From assembly GCA_963693095.2 (NCBI GenBank), contig OY843768.1, positions 1,024,001 to 1,088,000 on the forward strand: DNA of 64,000 nucleotides. The letters run 5' to 3'. This DNA is from Cenarchaeum sp. Its GTDB lineage: Archaea; Thermoproteota; Nitrososphaeria; Nitrososphaerales; Nitrosopumilaceae. Each line of letters begins with the position of its first letter. Position 1 is the first letter of the stretch. A program made the translations under genes and the position numbers. Of the stretch, positions 1-10,119 are shown one piece after another. The notes under the pieces were generated by a model. The model ran no database searches, was not told the DNA's origin, and was given only the letters and a program-made list of their open reading frames with translations.

Positions 1-876
1 GAGGAGGGCGTGCGCTTTTCGCACCCCGGCGCGAGCGTCGTAATCAGGCCCACAGTCGGCCACAGGGTGAGCGTGCGCATACGCGTCAAGGACGAGGGTC
101 TCCTGCCCGAGATCACCAACACCGACCCCGCCTATGAGCGCGTAGGCGGCATGGGAGTCGCGCGCGATGCTGCCGCCGAGATGAGGATTGCCGCAGCATC
201 GGCCATCTCACCAGAGCCCGGTGCTGCCCTTGCCGCACGCCTCGTCAACGACCTTGACTGCGAGTCGCGCCGCATAATGGCCGCAAGTCGCGTGAATGCG
301 CGGCGCAGGGAGCGCGGCGAAAAGGAGCTCGGGTGCATACTCTTGCGCGATGCGGGCTGTAACCGGCCGCGCGTGCGCCCCATAGGCGATGTCCACTCGC
401 TCTCGTTCTCGTGCATCGTCGACATGCCAGTGGAGATCGGCATTGCGCAGGTTCTCGGCATGAAGGCGTACGAGGCCGGCGGCGGGACAGACTATGCAAA
501 AAAGGCCGAGGTCGCAGCCGACGCAATAAAGCGCCACAACGTGATGTACGTCCACCTAAAGGGGCCTGACGAGTTTGGCCATGACGGCGATGCGGCCGGA
601 AAGGTTCGCAGCATTGAAGAGATCGACTCTGGGTTTTTTGCGCCACTCCTCGATCGCATCGGCGACAATGTTGCAGTCGCCGTCTCCGCTGACCACTCGA
701 CGCCATGCACGCTGCGCGGCCACAGCGATGATCCCGTTCCCGTCCTCGTCTCGGGCAGCATGGTCAGTCGCGACTCGTCATCAAGGGTGACAGAGGCCGA
801 GGCGCGCAGCGGCGCCATTGGCCACATTGCCGGCGCCGATGTCCTCAGGACTGCGCTGTCGATGGCCGGATCATGA
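1..876 (+). CDS. apgM: Cofactor-independent phosphoglycerate mutase, archaeal type (5' end outside window)
   Basis: Motifs YVHLKGPDEFGHDGD and SADHSTPC..HSDDPVP; frame open from base 1. Confidence 0.9.
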   Translation, partial: EEGVRFSHPGASVVIRPTVGHRVSVRIRVKDEGLLPEITNTDPAYERVGGMGVARDAAAEMRIAAASAISPEPGAALAARLVNDLDCESRRIMAASRVNARRRERGEKELGCILLRDAGCNRPRVRPIGDVHSLSFSCIVDMPVEIGIAQVLGMKAYEAGGGTDYAKKAEVAADAIKRHNVMYVHLKGPDEFGHDGDAAGKVRSIEEIDSGFFAPLLDRIGDNVAVAVSADHSTPCTLRGHSDDPVPVLVSGSMVSRDSSSRVTEAEARSGAIGHIAGADVLRTALSMAGS

Positions 877-1432
877 ACGGTCCGACGCTGCGCGAGGATA
901 TCATGGACGAGACGGCATCGCGCACTGCGGCAATGTTGATCCCGCCATATTCGGCCGGCGCACCGTGCAGCTTTTTTGCTGCGCGCGCCAGTATCGACAG
1001 CGATATGCCGTCCTCGTCCTTTTGGTGATGAACCAGCGCGGCAGCAGCAAGTATGATTCCCTGAACGGTATCTCGCTCAATGCTCGGCTGCGCGCATGAT
1101 GCCCAGAGGCCCTCGAATGCCTCGTGTGACTCCCAAAATCGCTCGCCGTTAAAGTGATCCACGCCCTCGCGAATGGCCGCAGCCGCACCCGCATAGCCCT
1201 CGACGAGGTGACGCGCGCGCACCAGGGCGCCCACGGGCTCGAGGTGGACGACCATCTCGTCGATGCGTGACTGATCGACGCTAATGTCGAGCTCCACGTG
1301 CGGCGTGGCGACCCTCACGTCGCGAACCGTGCGCTCAAGGCCCGAGGTCAGCTCGCGTGCGCGGGTCAGTATGTCGCGCGCCTCGCGCGGGGAGTGCCCG
1401 CGGTTCTCGAGGTGGACCATGAACCTGTCCAT
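845..1432 (-). CDS. DUF309 domain protein
   Basis: FN.ERFWESHE.FEGLW..QGII..AAALVH motif; start moved to ATG 1432 (MDRFMVHL). Confidence 0.8.
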   Translation of the reverse strand: MDRFMVHLENRGHSPREARDILTRARELTSGLERTVRDVRVATPHVELDISVDQSRIDEMVVHLEPVGALVRARHLVEGYAGAAAAIREGVDHFNGERFWESHEAFEGLWASCAQPSIERDTVQGIILAAAALVHHQKDEDGISLSILARAAKKLHGAPAEYGGINIAAVRDAVSSMISSRSVGPFMIRPSTAQS

Positions 1433-1494
1433 GGGGGCGCGGCGGCGGCGAGGCCAATTAAGGTTTATATCCACGCGTGGGCCGGTGCGCGGTG

Positions 1495-2034
1495 TTGCCA
1501 TCCATAAAGACGCTAAGCGACGTCAAGAACGAGTTTCTTGCGAGGCGCGAGCTCGTGTGCGACTTTGATGACGCCTCTGGCCGGATAAAGAGGGCAGAGG
1601 CGATCGAGGCAGTCTCCAAGGAGCACGGCCTAGACGGCAAGCTCATCATACCGGTCAGGCTGCAAAACCACGTGGGCCGGACACACACGACAGGGACGTT
1701 CTTTGTGTACGAGGACGAGGCTGTCGCAAAGGCCCACATTGACCCCTCGGTCATGGAGCGGATTGAAAAGTCAAAGGCCGCCGACAAGGGAGCAGCAGAC
1801 GATCAGGGCGACGGCAAGGCCGACGCAGCAGGCGGAGAGGAAAAGTCCGAGGCTGCAGGAACCGATGACAAGGGCGCAGCAGACGACAAGGCTGAAGGCA
1901 AGGCCGACACACAGGGCGGCGAGGAAAAGTCTGAGGCTGCAGGAACCGATGACAAGGGCGCAGCAGACGACAAGGCCGAAGCCAAGGCCGACGCACAGGG
2001 CGGCGAGGAGAAGCCCAAGGAGGGCGGCGAGTGA
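1495..2034 (+). CDS. rps24e: 30S ribosomal protein S24e with acidic repetitive C-terminal tail
   Basis: N-terminal NEFLARRE...G....TGTFFVYED; precedes S27ae as in archaeal operons; TTG start inferred. Confidence 0.85.
   Translation: MPSIKTLSDVKNEFLARRELVCDFDDASGRIKRAEAIEAVSKEHGLDGKLIIPVRLQNHVGRTHTTGTFFVYEDEAVAKAHIDPSVMERIEKSKAADKGAADDQGDGKADAAGGEEKSEAAGTDDKGAADDKAEGKADTQGGEEKSEAAGTDDKGAADDKAEAKADAQGGEEKPKEGGE
1783..2013 (+). repeat. ~2.75 copies of an 84-bp tandem repeat encoding [28 protein letters not shown]
   Basis: Units begin at 1783, 1867 and 1951. Confidence 0.9.
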
Positions 2035-2207
2035 TGGCAGGCAGAAAGGGATCAAGCCCCAAGATTCACACATACTACAAGATAGAGTCAGACAAGGCGA
2101 CGAGGCTAAAAAAGGTCTGCTCGCGCTGCGGCAAGGGCGTCTTTATGTCCGAGCACAAGGGTCGCCACACGTGCGGCAAGTGCGGCCTGACCGAGTTTGG
2201 TCAATAG
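2034..2207 (+). CDS. rps27ae: 30S ribosomal protein S27ae (57 aa; absent from ORF track)
   Basis: Translated by hand: [57 protein letters not shown]; C4 zinc ribbon; TGATG overlap with rps24e. Confidence 0.93.
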   Translation: MAGRKGSSPKIHTYYKIESDKATRLKKVCSRCGKGVFMSEHKGRHTCGKCGLTEFGQ

Positions 2208-2905
2208 CGGCGCCGCGAACGTATGCTCTTGCTGCGCTCCACAATCTCATCCATCTTTGCCAAAAGTGCTGGATCAAAGCGTATCTTTGATATCGACTCA
2301 GCAGACAGTCGCAGTGTGTTAGAGTCAAGCTCGACGCCTGTTCGCGGCAAGCCGCGCTTGATCCACAGGCGCGTCACCTTTTCTTCGAGGCGCATGTCAT
2401 GGAACCCCTCCGGAAAGCGCTTTGTGATGTGCGCAAGTATGTTGCGGTCACGAAAGACGGCGCGTGGATCAAAGAGGCGCATAGAGTCCGAGTATGCCCC
2501 CTCAAAGAGGCTGCCAGAGACCTCATCGGACACGATGTCCATGGTCGATATGCGCCGCACGAGCTCGAGATAGTGGAGGAACTCGTGTGCGAGTATGGCG
2601 TGGATTGTGCCCTTTAGCCCATAGGCGACTAGGGGCGCGCAGACCTGGATGACGACGCGTAGGCTGTTCTCGACTACGAGTGGAACCGTGCGCGCATAGA
2701 GTATGCCATAGCCATAAGAGTCGCGCGTGCCGGCGATGACGATCGAAGGCTCGACATACGCGACCGGATACGCGATTCCCGTGGCTCCCTCTATGCGGTC
2801 AATTCCCGAGACGACACGGTCAAAGCGTGACTCGGCGAGCTCGGCGACATCCTTTGGGACGGTTCCCCCCGAGGCGGCCTCACGAAGCCTTGCGAGCGGG
2901 TCCAA
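2201..2905 (-). CDS. Conserved hypothetical protein with HEXXH (zincin-like) motif
   Basis: 234-aa ORF with protein-like composition and AHEFLHY. Confidence 0.7.
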   Translation of the reverse strand: MDPLARLREAASGGTVPKDVAELAESRFDRVVSGIDRIEGATGIAYPVAYVEPSIVIAGTRDSYGYGILYARTVPLVVENSLRVVIQVCAPLVAYGLKGTIHAILAHEFLHYLELVRRISTMDIVSDEVSGSLFEGAYSDSMRLFDPRAVFRDRNILAHITKRFPEGFHDMRLEEKVTRLWIKRGLPRTGVELDSNTLRLSAESISKIRFDPALLAKMDEIVERSKSIRSRRRY

Positions 2906-3073
2906 CGCGGGCTCTCATGGCACGCGCGCGTAAAAACCTTGAGCCGCATGGCGCGATCCGGCCACGTCCTTTGGGCTACTTTGGGCCATGCGCGCTAGTT
3001 TGCCCACGGCTGCGTAGTCGAGCATGGCCGCCCCTGAGACTAGAACCAATTCATGGGGGGTGCGAGACCGAGC

Positions 3074-3175
3074 CTAGCGCCTGCCGCGCTTGCCGCTCTT
3101 TGACTTTTTTATCTTGCGGCGATTCTCGCGCTGGTCGGCCCATCGCATGTGCTTGCCAGGCTTTCGCGTCGACAT
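3074..3175 (-). CDS. Small basic protein, 33 aa (MSTRKPGKHMRWADQRENRRKIKKSKSGKRGRR)
   Basis: ATG-TAG ORF read by hand; AT-rich TATA-like box at ~3201-3208, 25-30 nt upstream. Confidence 0.55.
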   Translation of the reverse strand: MSTRKPGKHMRWADQRENRRKIKKSKSGKRGRR

Positions 3176-3408
3176 GGCAGGCGCTCCCCGCGCAAGAGTA
3201 GTTAATTGTTCGCATTATGGCCGACAATCTAGACGCAACGGGGCAGAAACGGCCCCTCCTCCGGGGTGCAGGCCCCTGATCGCAGCAGGCTCACGACCCT
3301 GGCGGCCAAGTGGGGAGGTGCGCGCTCGTGGCGAGTGTGGCACCACGAGCCGTTCTGCAGGGTGCGCAGCACGCCATCTAATATAGCGGCGGGGCCGGCA
3401 GGCGTCGC

Positions 3409-4341
3409 ATGGCCATGCTAGAGGTCGACTCGCTGTGCGTCGAGTATGCGACTGCCGGCGGGCGCCTCATGGCAGTGGACGGCGCGACGTTCTCGCTAGG
3501 GGCCGGCGAGGCCCTCGGAATCGCCGGCGAGAGCGCGTGCGGCAAGAGCACGCTTGGCATGGCACTCATGCGCAGCCTGCCGGCCGGCACGTCAGTCACC
3601 GGAAGCGCAAGACTTGACGGGACTGACATGCTCGCAATGAAGGGGCGCGACTATGACGCAACGCACAGGTGGAAGCGCGTCTCGATGGTCTTTCAGGCCG
3701 CAATGAACTCCCTTGATCCAGTGTACACGATAGGCGAGCAGCTCGCCGAGGTTCTCGAGGAGCACGGACGCGCGCGTGGGGCCGATGACGCAATTGCGTC
3801 GGCGATACGCGACGTTGGCCTTGAGGGCAGCGTACTGCGCCAGTACCCCCACGAGCTTAGCGGCGGCATGAGGCAGAGGGCAGTCATCGCCATGGCACTC
3901 CTCCTAGAGCCGCGCCTAGTCATCGCCGACGAGCCGACGACGGCCCTTGACGTGCTCGTCCAGTCCCAGGTCATCGGTGTCCTGCGCCGTCTGCGCCAGC
4001 GCGGGACATCAGTCATAGTCATAACGCATGACCTGGCCCTCCTCTCCGAGATTGCCGACGTGGTTGCCATAATGTATGCCGGCCAGATAGTCGAGCTCGG
4101 CTGCGCACGGGAGATATACGACAGTCCAAAGCACCCCTACACGCAGGCGCTCATAGCCGCAACGCCGACGATCCACGGGGACGCGCCGCAGCACATATCG
4201 GGCAGGCCGCCGGACATGGCCCGTCCGGGCAAGGCGTGCAGGTTTATGCCGCGCTGCGCTCACGCGATGGAGAAGTGCAATGTGGATCCGCACGTGTTTG
4301 GCGATCCTGCAAGATACACGAGATGCTGGCTCTACGAGTAG
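3409..4341 (+). CDS. Oligopeptide/dipeptide ABC transporter ATP-binding subunit (OppD/DppD family)
   Basis: GESACGKS, YPHELSGGMRQR, ADEPTTALD, HPYT, C-terminal CRF.PRC. Confidence 0.92.
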   Translation: MAMLEVDSLCVEYATAGGRLMAVDGATFSLGAGEALGIAGESACGKSTLGMALMRSLPAGTSVTGSARLDGTDMLAMKGRDYDATHRWKRVSMVFQAAMNSLDPVYTIGEQLAEVLEEHGRARGADDAIASAIRDVGLEGSVLRQYPHELSGGMRQRAVIAMALLLEPRLVIADEPTTALDVLVQSQVIGVLRRLRQRGTSVIVITHDLALLSEIADVVAIMYAGQIVELGCAREIYDSPKHPYTQALIAATPTIHGDAPQHISGRPPDMARPGKACRFMPRCAHAMEKCNVDPHVFGDPARYTRCWLYE

Positions 4342-4715
4342 CGCCGCACGACGGGAAGGCACGAGTCGACGATCCGGAGAACCTCGCTTCGCACGACCTT
4401 TTTGTCGATCGATATCCAGACGCGATGGCGCTTTATCGCAAACGAGATTATCTGGGCCTTTGTGCGCTCCTCCCAGATAAACTCGATCGAGCCGAGGCTC
4501 TTGTCAAAGTACGCCTCGAGGTCTGTCCTCATCGCAATGTGCGAGAACTGATAGTGCGTGTCGCGCTCGTTGAGCAGCGGGCGCAGGTTTGAGCGGCGAT
4601 TGTACGCTAGGAGCTCGCCGCTCTCGCCGATCAGGCCGACAAAGCGGATGACTGGGCTTATCGAGGCGATCGCATCGCATATCAGGCCATACTTTTTCCT
4701 GAGGCGGGCTGACAT
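4332..4715 (-). CDS. Thaumarchaeal DUF6659/roadblock-like protein
   Basis: IRFVGLI...G..L...R....PLL pattern; similar to 60497-60907. Confidence 0.6.
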   Translation of the reverse strand: MSARLRKKYGLICDAIASISPVIRFVGLIGESGELLAYNRRSNLRPLLNERDTHYQFSHIAMRTDLEAYFDKSLGSIEFIWEERTKAQIISFAIKRHRVWISIDKKVVRSEVLRIVDSCLPVVRRYS

Positions 4716-4870
4716 GGCACGCGCGCGCCGTGCCGAGCTATATTTGCGTGTCGGCACCTGCGCACGGGGATCACGCGCCCTCAGGCGCGCAAGATCGCCG
4801 TGCGTGCCATCAGTGGCCCCCCACAGGCCCTTAACACATATTTAACTTGGTCCGAGCCAGTCGCGCCAGA

Positions 4871-6583
4871 ATGGTCGAGAACCTCGAGTACGACCTTGTT
4901 ATATGCGGATCCGGCCTAGCCGGCCTGCGTGCGGCCATCGCCGCTGCAACAAGGCAGCCCTCGCTAAAGATAGGCGTCGTCTCAAAGGTCCAGGTCATGA
5001 GGTCGCACTCGGTCTCAGCCGAGGGGGGCACGGCTGCTGCCCTCTTTGAGGACGAGGGCGACAGCATAGAGTCGCACATCTATGACACCGTAAAGGGGAG
5101 CGACTTTTTGGCAGACCAGGACGTAGCCGAGAGGCTTTGTCGCGAGATGCCGCACGAGGTTTATCAGCTTGAGCACTGGGGCATGCCATGGTCGCGCAGA
5201 AAGGACGGGAGGATCGACCAGCGCGCCTTTGGCGGGTATAGCTTTCCGCGCGCAACGTACGCGTCTGACAAGGTGGGCTTTTTCGAGATGCAGACGCTCT
5301 ATGACACGTGCCAGAGGCATGAGAGCATAGAGTACCTCAACGAGTGGTTTGTCAGCGCGATTATACACGATGGCAAGAGGTTCCTCGGCGTCACGGCAGT
5401 AGAGCTTGCGACTGGCGCGTTCTATGCGATAAAGGCAAAGGCCCTAATCATAGCAACGGGAGGCGCCGGAAGGCTCTATAGCTTTTCAACGTATGCGCAC
5501 TCGTCGACTCCGGACGGACTTGACATGGCGTTTCGCGCCGGCATGGCGCTAAAGGACATGGAGTTTGTCCAGTTCCATCCCACTGGCATAATGCCGTCGG
5601 GCATACTAATCACAGAGGGCGCGCGAGGCGAGGGCGGACACCTACTCAACAGCGAGGGCGAGCGATTCATGTCCGCGTATGCGCCCTCAAAGATGGAGCT
5701 TGCGCCACGCGACATTGTGTCAAGGTCCATAATGACCGAGATTGCCGAGGGCAGGGGACTCAAGAGCATGACGGGTGCGGACTGTGTAAAGCTGGACTTG
5801 CGCCATGTTGGAGACGCCACGATACGCGAAAAGCTTGGCGCAATACGCGAGATTAGCATAAAGTTCTCCGGCGTGGATCCGTCCGAGGAGCCGATCGACG
5901 TGAGGCCCGTCTGCCACTACATGATGGGCGGCATACACACGGACATTGACGGCAAGACCGAGCTTGCCGGCGTGTGGGCCGCCGGCGAGGCCGCATGCAA
6001 CAGCACCCACGGCTCAAACAGGCTTGGGGCCAACTCGACGTCTGAATGCATAGTGTGGGGCAAGATAGTCGGCGAGCTCGCCGCCGACTATGCCGCCGCC
6101 GGCGTCGCGCAGACGCCCTGGCCGCACCACCTCGTGACTGCCGAGGAGAGCCGGATATATGGCGAGATATTTAGGGGGAGTGGGGACGCAAACCCCTATG
6201 AGGTCCGGCAAGAGCTGACAGACACGATGAACGAGTTCGCCTATGTGTACCGCGACGAGGACAGCCTGGCCGAGGGCCTGCGCAGGCTTCGCGAGCTGCG
6301 CTCGAGGCCATGGAGGCATGTTGAGGACAAGGCCAGCGAGTACAACACCAACTTTGTCAACGTCATGGAGCTCGACTCGATGTTTCGCGTGGCCGAAGTC
6401 GTCCTAGTCGGCGCGCTAGGCCGCAAAGAGTCGCGCGGTGCGCACGCGCGCACCGACTATCCAAGGCGCGATGACGAGTCGTTCCTCCATCACACGCTGG
6501 CGTACCATGGTGCCGAGGAACCCATAATGAGAACGTCGCCAGTCAAGATAACAAACTACCAGCCAGTGGAGAGAAAGTACTAA
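4871..6583 (+). CDS. sdhA: Succinate dehydrogenase flavoprotein subunit
   Basis: GSGLAG FAD motif, RSHSVSAEGG, QFHPTG, HGSNRLGANS, ESRGAH. Confidence 0.97.
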   Translation: MVENLEYDLVICGSGLAGLRAAIAAATRQPSLKIGVVSKVQVMRSHSVSAEGGTAAALFEDEGDSIESHIYDTVKGSDFLADQDVAERLCREMPHEVYQLEHWGMPWSRRKDGRIDQRAFGGYSFPRATYASDKVGFFEMQTLYDTCQRHESIEYLNEWFVSAIIHDGKRFLGVTAVELATGAFYAIKAKALIIATGGAGRLYSFSTYAHSSTPDGLDMAFRAGMALKDMEFVQFHPTGIMPSGILITEGARGEGGHLLNSEGERFMSAYAPSKMELAPRDIVSRSIMTEIAEGRGLKSMTGADCVKLDLRHVGDATIREKLGAIREISIKFSGVDPSEEPIDVRPVCHYMMGGIHTDIDGKTELAGVWAAGEAACNSTHGSNRLGANSTSECIVWGKIVGELAADYAAAGVAQTPWPHHLVTAEESRIYGEIFRGSGDANPYEVRQELTDTMNEFAYVYRDEDSLAEGLRRLRELRSRPWRHVEDKASEYNTNFVNVMELDSMFRVAEVVLVGALGRKESRGAHARTDYPRRDDESFLHHTLAYHGAEEPIMRTSPVKITNYQPVERKY

Positions 6584-7017
6584 TGTCCGACACAGACGAG
6601 AACAAGGGCGGCATTCGCGACATGGCAAGCCCGCGGCGCTATGGCATAGAGCGCGTCGCGTACTGGCTAATGAGGCTCTCAGGACTTGGACTCCTTGCGT
6701 ACTTTGTCGGGCACATTTACGAGACGAGCGCAATACTGCGCGGGCGCGCCGGCTGGGACGAGCTCCTCGCAATGACGCAGAGCACCGAGGGCCATGCGCT
6801 CCTTGCGCTAGTCATCGGCATGTGCGTCTTTCACACGGCAAACGGCATACGCCTCATGCTGGTCCAGGGCGGCGTGTGGGCCGGCAAGCCGGGGCGGGCC
6901 GACTATCCGTACACGCCGCGCTCGCAGAACGCGCGCAACAAGATTGCGATATACTCCTCGATTGTGATGGCTGCTGTCGCGATGGTGTATGGCCTGACGG
7001 TGATGTTTGGTGAGTGA
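6583..7017 (+). CDS. sdhC: Succinate dehydrogenase cytochrome b subunit
   Basis: Three TM segments, RLSG, FH..NGIR; operon position. Confidence 0.88.
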   Translation: MSDTDENKGGIRDMASPRRYGIERVAYWLMRLSGLGLLAYFVGHIYETSAILRGRAGWDELLAMTQSTEGHALLALVIGMCVFHTANGIRLMLVQGGVWAGKPGRADYPYTPRSQNARNKIAIYSSIVMAAVAMVYGLTVMFGE

Positions 7018-7020
7018 GCG

Positions 7021-7365
7021 ATGAGGGAAAGCCACCTGATAAGGATACACTATGCGACGGCACTGGCCGCCGTCGCCCTAGTCGCCGTCCACGTTCTCAT
7101 GCGCGTGACGCAGGGGTTCGCCGAGTCCCTCGAGTACGAGAGCGTCGTGGCCAACTATCGCTTCCTCCCGTATGCGGGCCTCCTCGAGATCATACTCGTT
7201 CTCCTCTCGATACACGGCTTTAACGGCCTGCGCGTCATACTCCTCGAGCTCCGCCAGGGCCGCACGTACGAGAGGGCAGTCACGGTCATATGCGTGGCGG
7301 GCATGGTAGCAGTTATAGCGTATGGCTCGCGCACGATATTCATGATGAACGCGGGGGTGCTCTAG
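7021..7365 (+). CDS. sdhD: Succinate dehydrogenase membrane anchor subunit
   Basis: TM protein with HGFNGLR; between sdhC and sdhB. Confidence 0.85.
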   Translation: MRESHLIRIHYATALAAVALVAVHVLMRVTQGFAESLEYESVVANYRFLPYAGLLEIILVLLSIHGFNGLRVILLELRQGRTYERAVTVICVAGMVAVIAYGSRTIFMMNAGVL

Positions 7366-7369
7366 GGAG

Positions 7370-8137
7370 ATGTCAGCAGCCGCAGTGCAGCAGGCCAAAA
7401 GTGCGCCGGCGCCACAGGCCGACTCGCATATCACGCGCAGGCTCCGCATAAGGCGCTCAAACCCGTCAGCTGGTGAGGCAAAGTCATACTCGGAGTTTGA
7501 CGTCGAGGCAGAGCCATGGACGACTGTCCTTGACGTCATACTAGAGGCAAAGAAAAACGCAGACCACTCCATCGGCGTGCGCTACTCTTGCAGGCAGGCG
7601 ACATGCGGCTCGTGCGGCATGATGATAAACGGCAAGCCGCGCCTTGCGTGCTTTACAAAGGTGAACGAGCTTGACGGTGACACGATAACAGTCGAGCCGA
7701 TGCAGAACTTTCCGGTCGTTCGTGACCTCGTAGTCGGCTTTGATCGCCTCTTCAGGTCGCACCACAAGATAAAGCCATACATCATTAGCGATGAGGCCGA
7801 CATCACAGAGGGGGTGCGCGAGACGCCGCAGACTCCCGAGGAGCTTGATCGCTATATCCAGTTTGCCGGATGCATAAAGTGCGGCCTGTGCAACTCGGCG
7901 TGCCCCACGATGGCAACAGACTCGCAGTTTATCGGGCCACAGTCCCTAGCGCAGGTGTACAGGTATGTTGCAGACACGCGCGACCACGGCAAGGACGAGC
8001 GCCTAAAGATCATCGATGACTCGCATGGCATATGGAGGTGCCACTATGCGGGCTCGTGCAGCAAGGTGTGCCCAAAGGGCGTCGATCCTGCGATGGGAAT
8101 ACAGCTCCTAAAGGGGCACATGCTCGGCCTCAGGTAG
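7370..8137 (+). CDS. sdhB: Succinate dehydrogenase iron-sulfur subunit
   Basis: SCRQATCGSC, CIKCGLCNSACP, CHYAGSCSKVCP. Confidence 0.97.
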   Translation: MSAAAVQQAKSAPAPQADSHITRRLRIRRSNPSAGEAKSYSEFDVEAEPWTTVLDVILEAKKNADHSIGVRYSCRQATCGSCGMMINGKPRLACFTKVNELDGDTITVEPMQNFPVVRDLVVGFDRLFRSHHKIKPYIISDEADITEGVRETPQTPEELDRYIQFAGCIKCGLCNSACPTMATDSQFIGPQSLAQVYRYVADTRDHGKDERLKIIDDSHGIWRCHYAGSCSKVCPKGVDPAMGIQLLKGHMLGLR

Positions 8138-8549
8138 TGCCACTAGGGCGCGCATCCTGCGCTGCAGCCGATGCTCCCTCACCCTGTGGCGCGCTGGCCG
8201 CTCCGGCCTGCGCCGGCTCTGCTGTCGCGCCGTCCTTTGGGGGCTTTGGGCTGCTGTTGACCTGGTTGTTTATCTGCTCGGCCATAAAGTGGTTTGACAC
8301 GTTTACCGTGACATTATCAACGGTGTCTATCTTTAGGAGATAGTCATGGATGTCCTGGCATATCTTGAACCCAAATACGGCAGGGCAGAACGGGCTCGTC
8401 AGGTGGAGGTCGACCTTTATGTCGCTGCCCTCAATGTCGACATTGTCTATGAGCTCGAGGTCAGTTATCGACGTGTTTATCTCGGGATCCACGATCTTTG
8501 AAAGCTCGTCAAAGATACGCACGCGAAGCTGCCTTGTCTCCTCGGACAC
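8130..8549 (-). CDS. DUF59/MIP18 (SufT-like) Fe-S cluster assembly protein
   Basis: DPE.....DL.LI and LTSPFCP motifs. Confidence 0.88.
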   Translation of the reverse strand: MSEETRQLRVRIFDELSKIVDPEINTSITDLELIDNVDIEGSDIKVDLHLTSPFCPAVFGFKICQDIHDYLLKIDTVDNVTVNVSNHFMAEQINNQVNSSPKPPKDGATAEPAQAGAASAPQGEGASAAAQDARPSGTT

Positions 8550-8599
8550 GCCTTGCGCCCACCGCTGACGCTATATATAACCACTGCACGAGGGTGCGC

Positions 8600-10075
8600 G
8601 TGTACCGCGCAAGGATGGGCGAGGGCCTCGATGACGCCGCCGCCTCGTACGTCTCCTCGGCTGACGATGATGCCGTGATTGTGCAGTATGACATTCTTGG
8701 CAGCATGGCGCACGTCGTCATGCTCCATGACCGCAAGCTCGTCTCGCGCCCCGATGCGGCGGCCATACTCGATGCGCTCTCCAAGATCTCGTCTAGCCCG
8801 CCGGAGGCGCGCGATGGCGTCGAGGACATCCATGAGCTCATAGAGGCCGACGTGATCAGGAGGGCAGGCAAGGGCGCAGGCGGGCGCATGCACACTGCCA
8901 GGTCGCGCAACGACCAGGTCTCCCTTGACATCCGCCTAAAGCTGCGCGATGACATCAATGACGTCTGCACGCTAGCCATAGGGCTCGCCGAGGCCATGGC
9001 CGCCGTCGCAAGCACGCACAGAAAGACTATCATGCCGCTCTACACGCACATGCAGCAGGCCCAGTACGGGACGCTCTCGCACTATATGATCGCCCATATT
9101 GATTCCCTCATGCGCGACGTCGAGCGCCTCTCCTCGGCGTACACGCGCATCAACCAGTGCCCACTGGGCGCCGGCGCAGTCGGCGGAACGAGCCTAAACA
9201 TAGACAGGCGCCAGGTCTCAAGGCTTCTCGGGTTTGGCGGCATAGTCGAGAACGCCCTTGACGCAACGGGCTCGCGTGACCACGTCGCCGAGTACGTCTC
9301 GGCCATAGCAATAATGATGTCAGGGCTCAGCAGGATTGCCGAGGACATTGCGATATGGTCAACGAGCGAGTTTTCGTTCGTCGAGCTTGGCGGCTCGGTG
9401 TCATCACCATCAAGTGTACTGCCGCAAAAAAAGAATCCCGACGTGCTAGAGCTCACGCGCGGCAAGGCCGCCGAAACCCTCGGCGGGCTCGTCACGACGA
9501 TTGCGGCGACAAAGGGCCTTGCGTCCGGATACTCGCGCGACCTGCAGCAGTCAAAGCTCGCCGCATGGGCAGCGACACGGACCGCAGTCGGCGCGCTTGC
9601 GATCCTGCGCACTGCAATATCCGGAATGAGCGTGAATGTCGAACGCATGTCCGAGGCGGCCAACGCAGGCGACCTTGACGCCCTAGAGATCGCCGAGATC
9701 CTAGTCGCCGGCGGCAAGGTGCCATTCAGGTCGGCCCACATGGTCGTCGGCCGGCTCGTAAAGAGCGCGCACGCCGCCGACGTTGGCATGGGCGAGCTAG
9801 ACGACAAGGCAGTCAGCACCGCAGTAAAGGGGGCAGGCGTGAGCGTCAAGGATCTGCGCAGCGCAATCGGGCGCTGCGGAGCCGTCGCGTCGCTGCGCCG
9901 GCGCGGCTCGATGGGCTCATCAGGATATGCCGAGCAGGCAAGGATGGCTCGGGCCAGGCTGCGCTCGATTCCAAAATACCGCCGCGAGGTCGACATGCGC
10001 CGGAGCGCAGTCAGCGAGGCGTATGCGGTTCTCGGAAAGAGGGTTCGCGCCCTAGGGGCGCGCCGCAAGTCCTAG
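8600..10075 (+). CDS. argH: Argininosuccinate lyase
   Basis: HTARSRNDQV, MPLYTHMQQAQ, SSVLPQKKNPD; GTG start at 8600 inferred. Confidence 0.95.
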   Translation: MYRARMGEGLDDAAASYVSSADDDAVIVQYDILGSMAHVVMLHDRKLVSRPDAAAILDALSKISSSPPEARDGVEDIHELIEADVIRRAGKGAGGRMHTARSRNDQVSLDIRLKLRDDINDVCTLAIGLAEAMAAVASTHRKTIMPLYTHMQQAQYGTLSHYMIAHIDSLMRDVERLSSAYTRINQCPLGAGAVGGTSLNIDRRQVSRLLGFGGIVENALDATGSRDHVAEYVSAIAIMMSGLSRIAEDIAIWSTSEFSFVELGGSVSSPSSVLPQKKNPDVLELTRGKAAETLGGLVTTIAATKGLASGYSRDLQQSKLAAWAATRTAVGALAILRTAISGMSVNVERMSEAANAGDLDALEIAEILVAGGKVPFRSAHMVVGRLVKSAHAADVGMGELDDKAVSTAVKGAGVSVKDLRSAIGRCGAVASLRRRGSMGSSGYAEQARMARARLRSIPKYRREVDMRRSAVSEAYAVLGKRVRALGARRKS

Positions 10076-10119
10076 GGGCAAAGAAATCTGCAATCGTTCC
10101 AGGATTGTGCGCGCAGGCA

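Noticed and set aside
3225-3360. RNase P RNA, 5S rRNA, SRP RNA or TPP riboswitch
   Set aside because: Only fragmentary resemblance (GAAACGGCC..GGGGTGCA); other conserved boxes not found, so kept only as an unnamed candidate
9082-10068. 328-aa ORF antisense to argH, and many similar ORF-track entries
   Set aside because: Shadow ORFs of GC-rich coding DNA with no motifs
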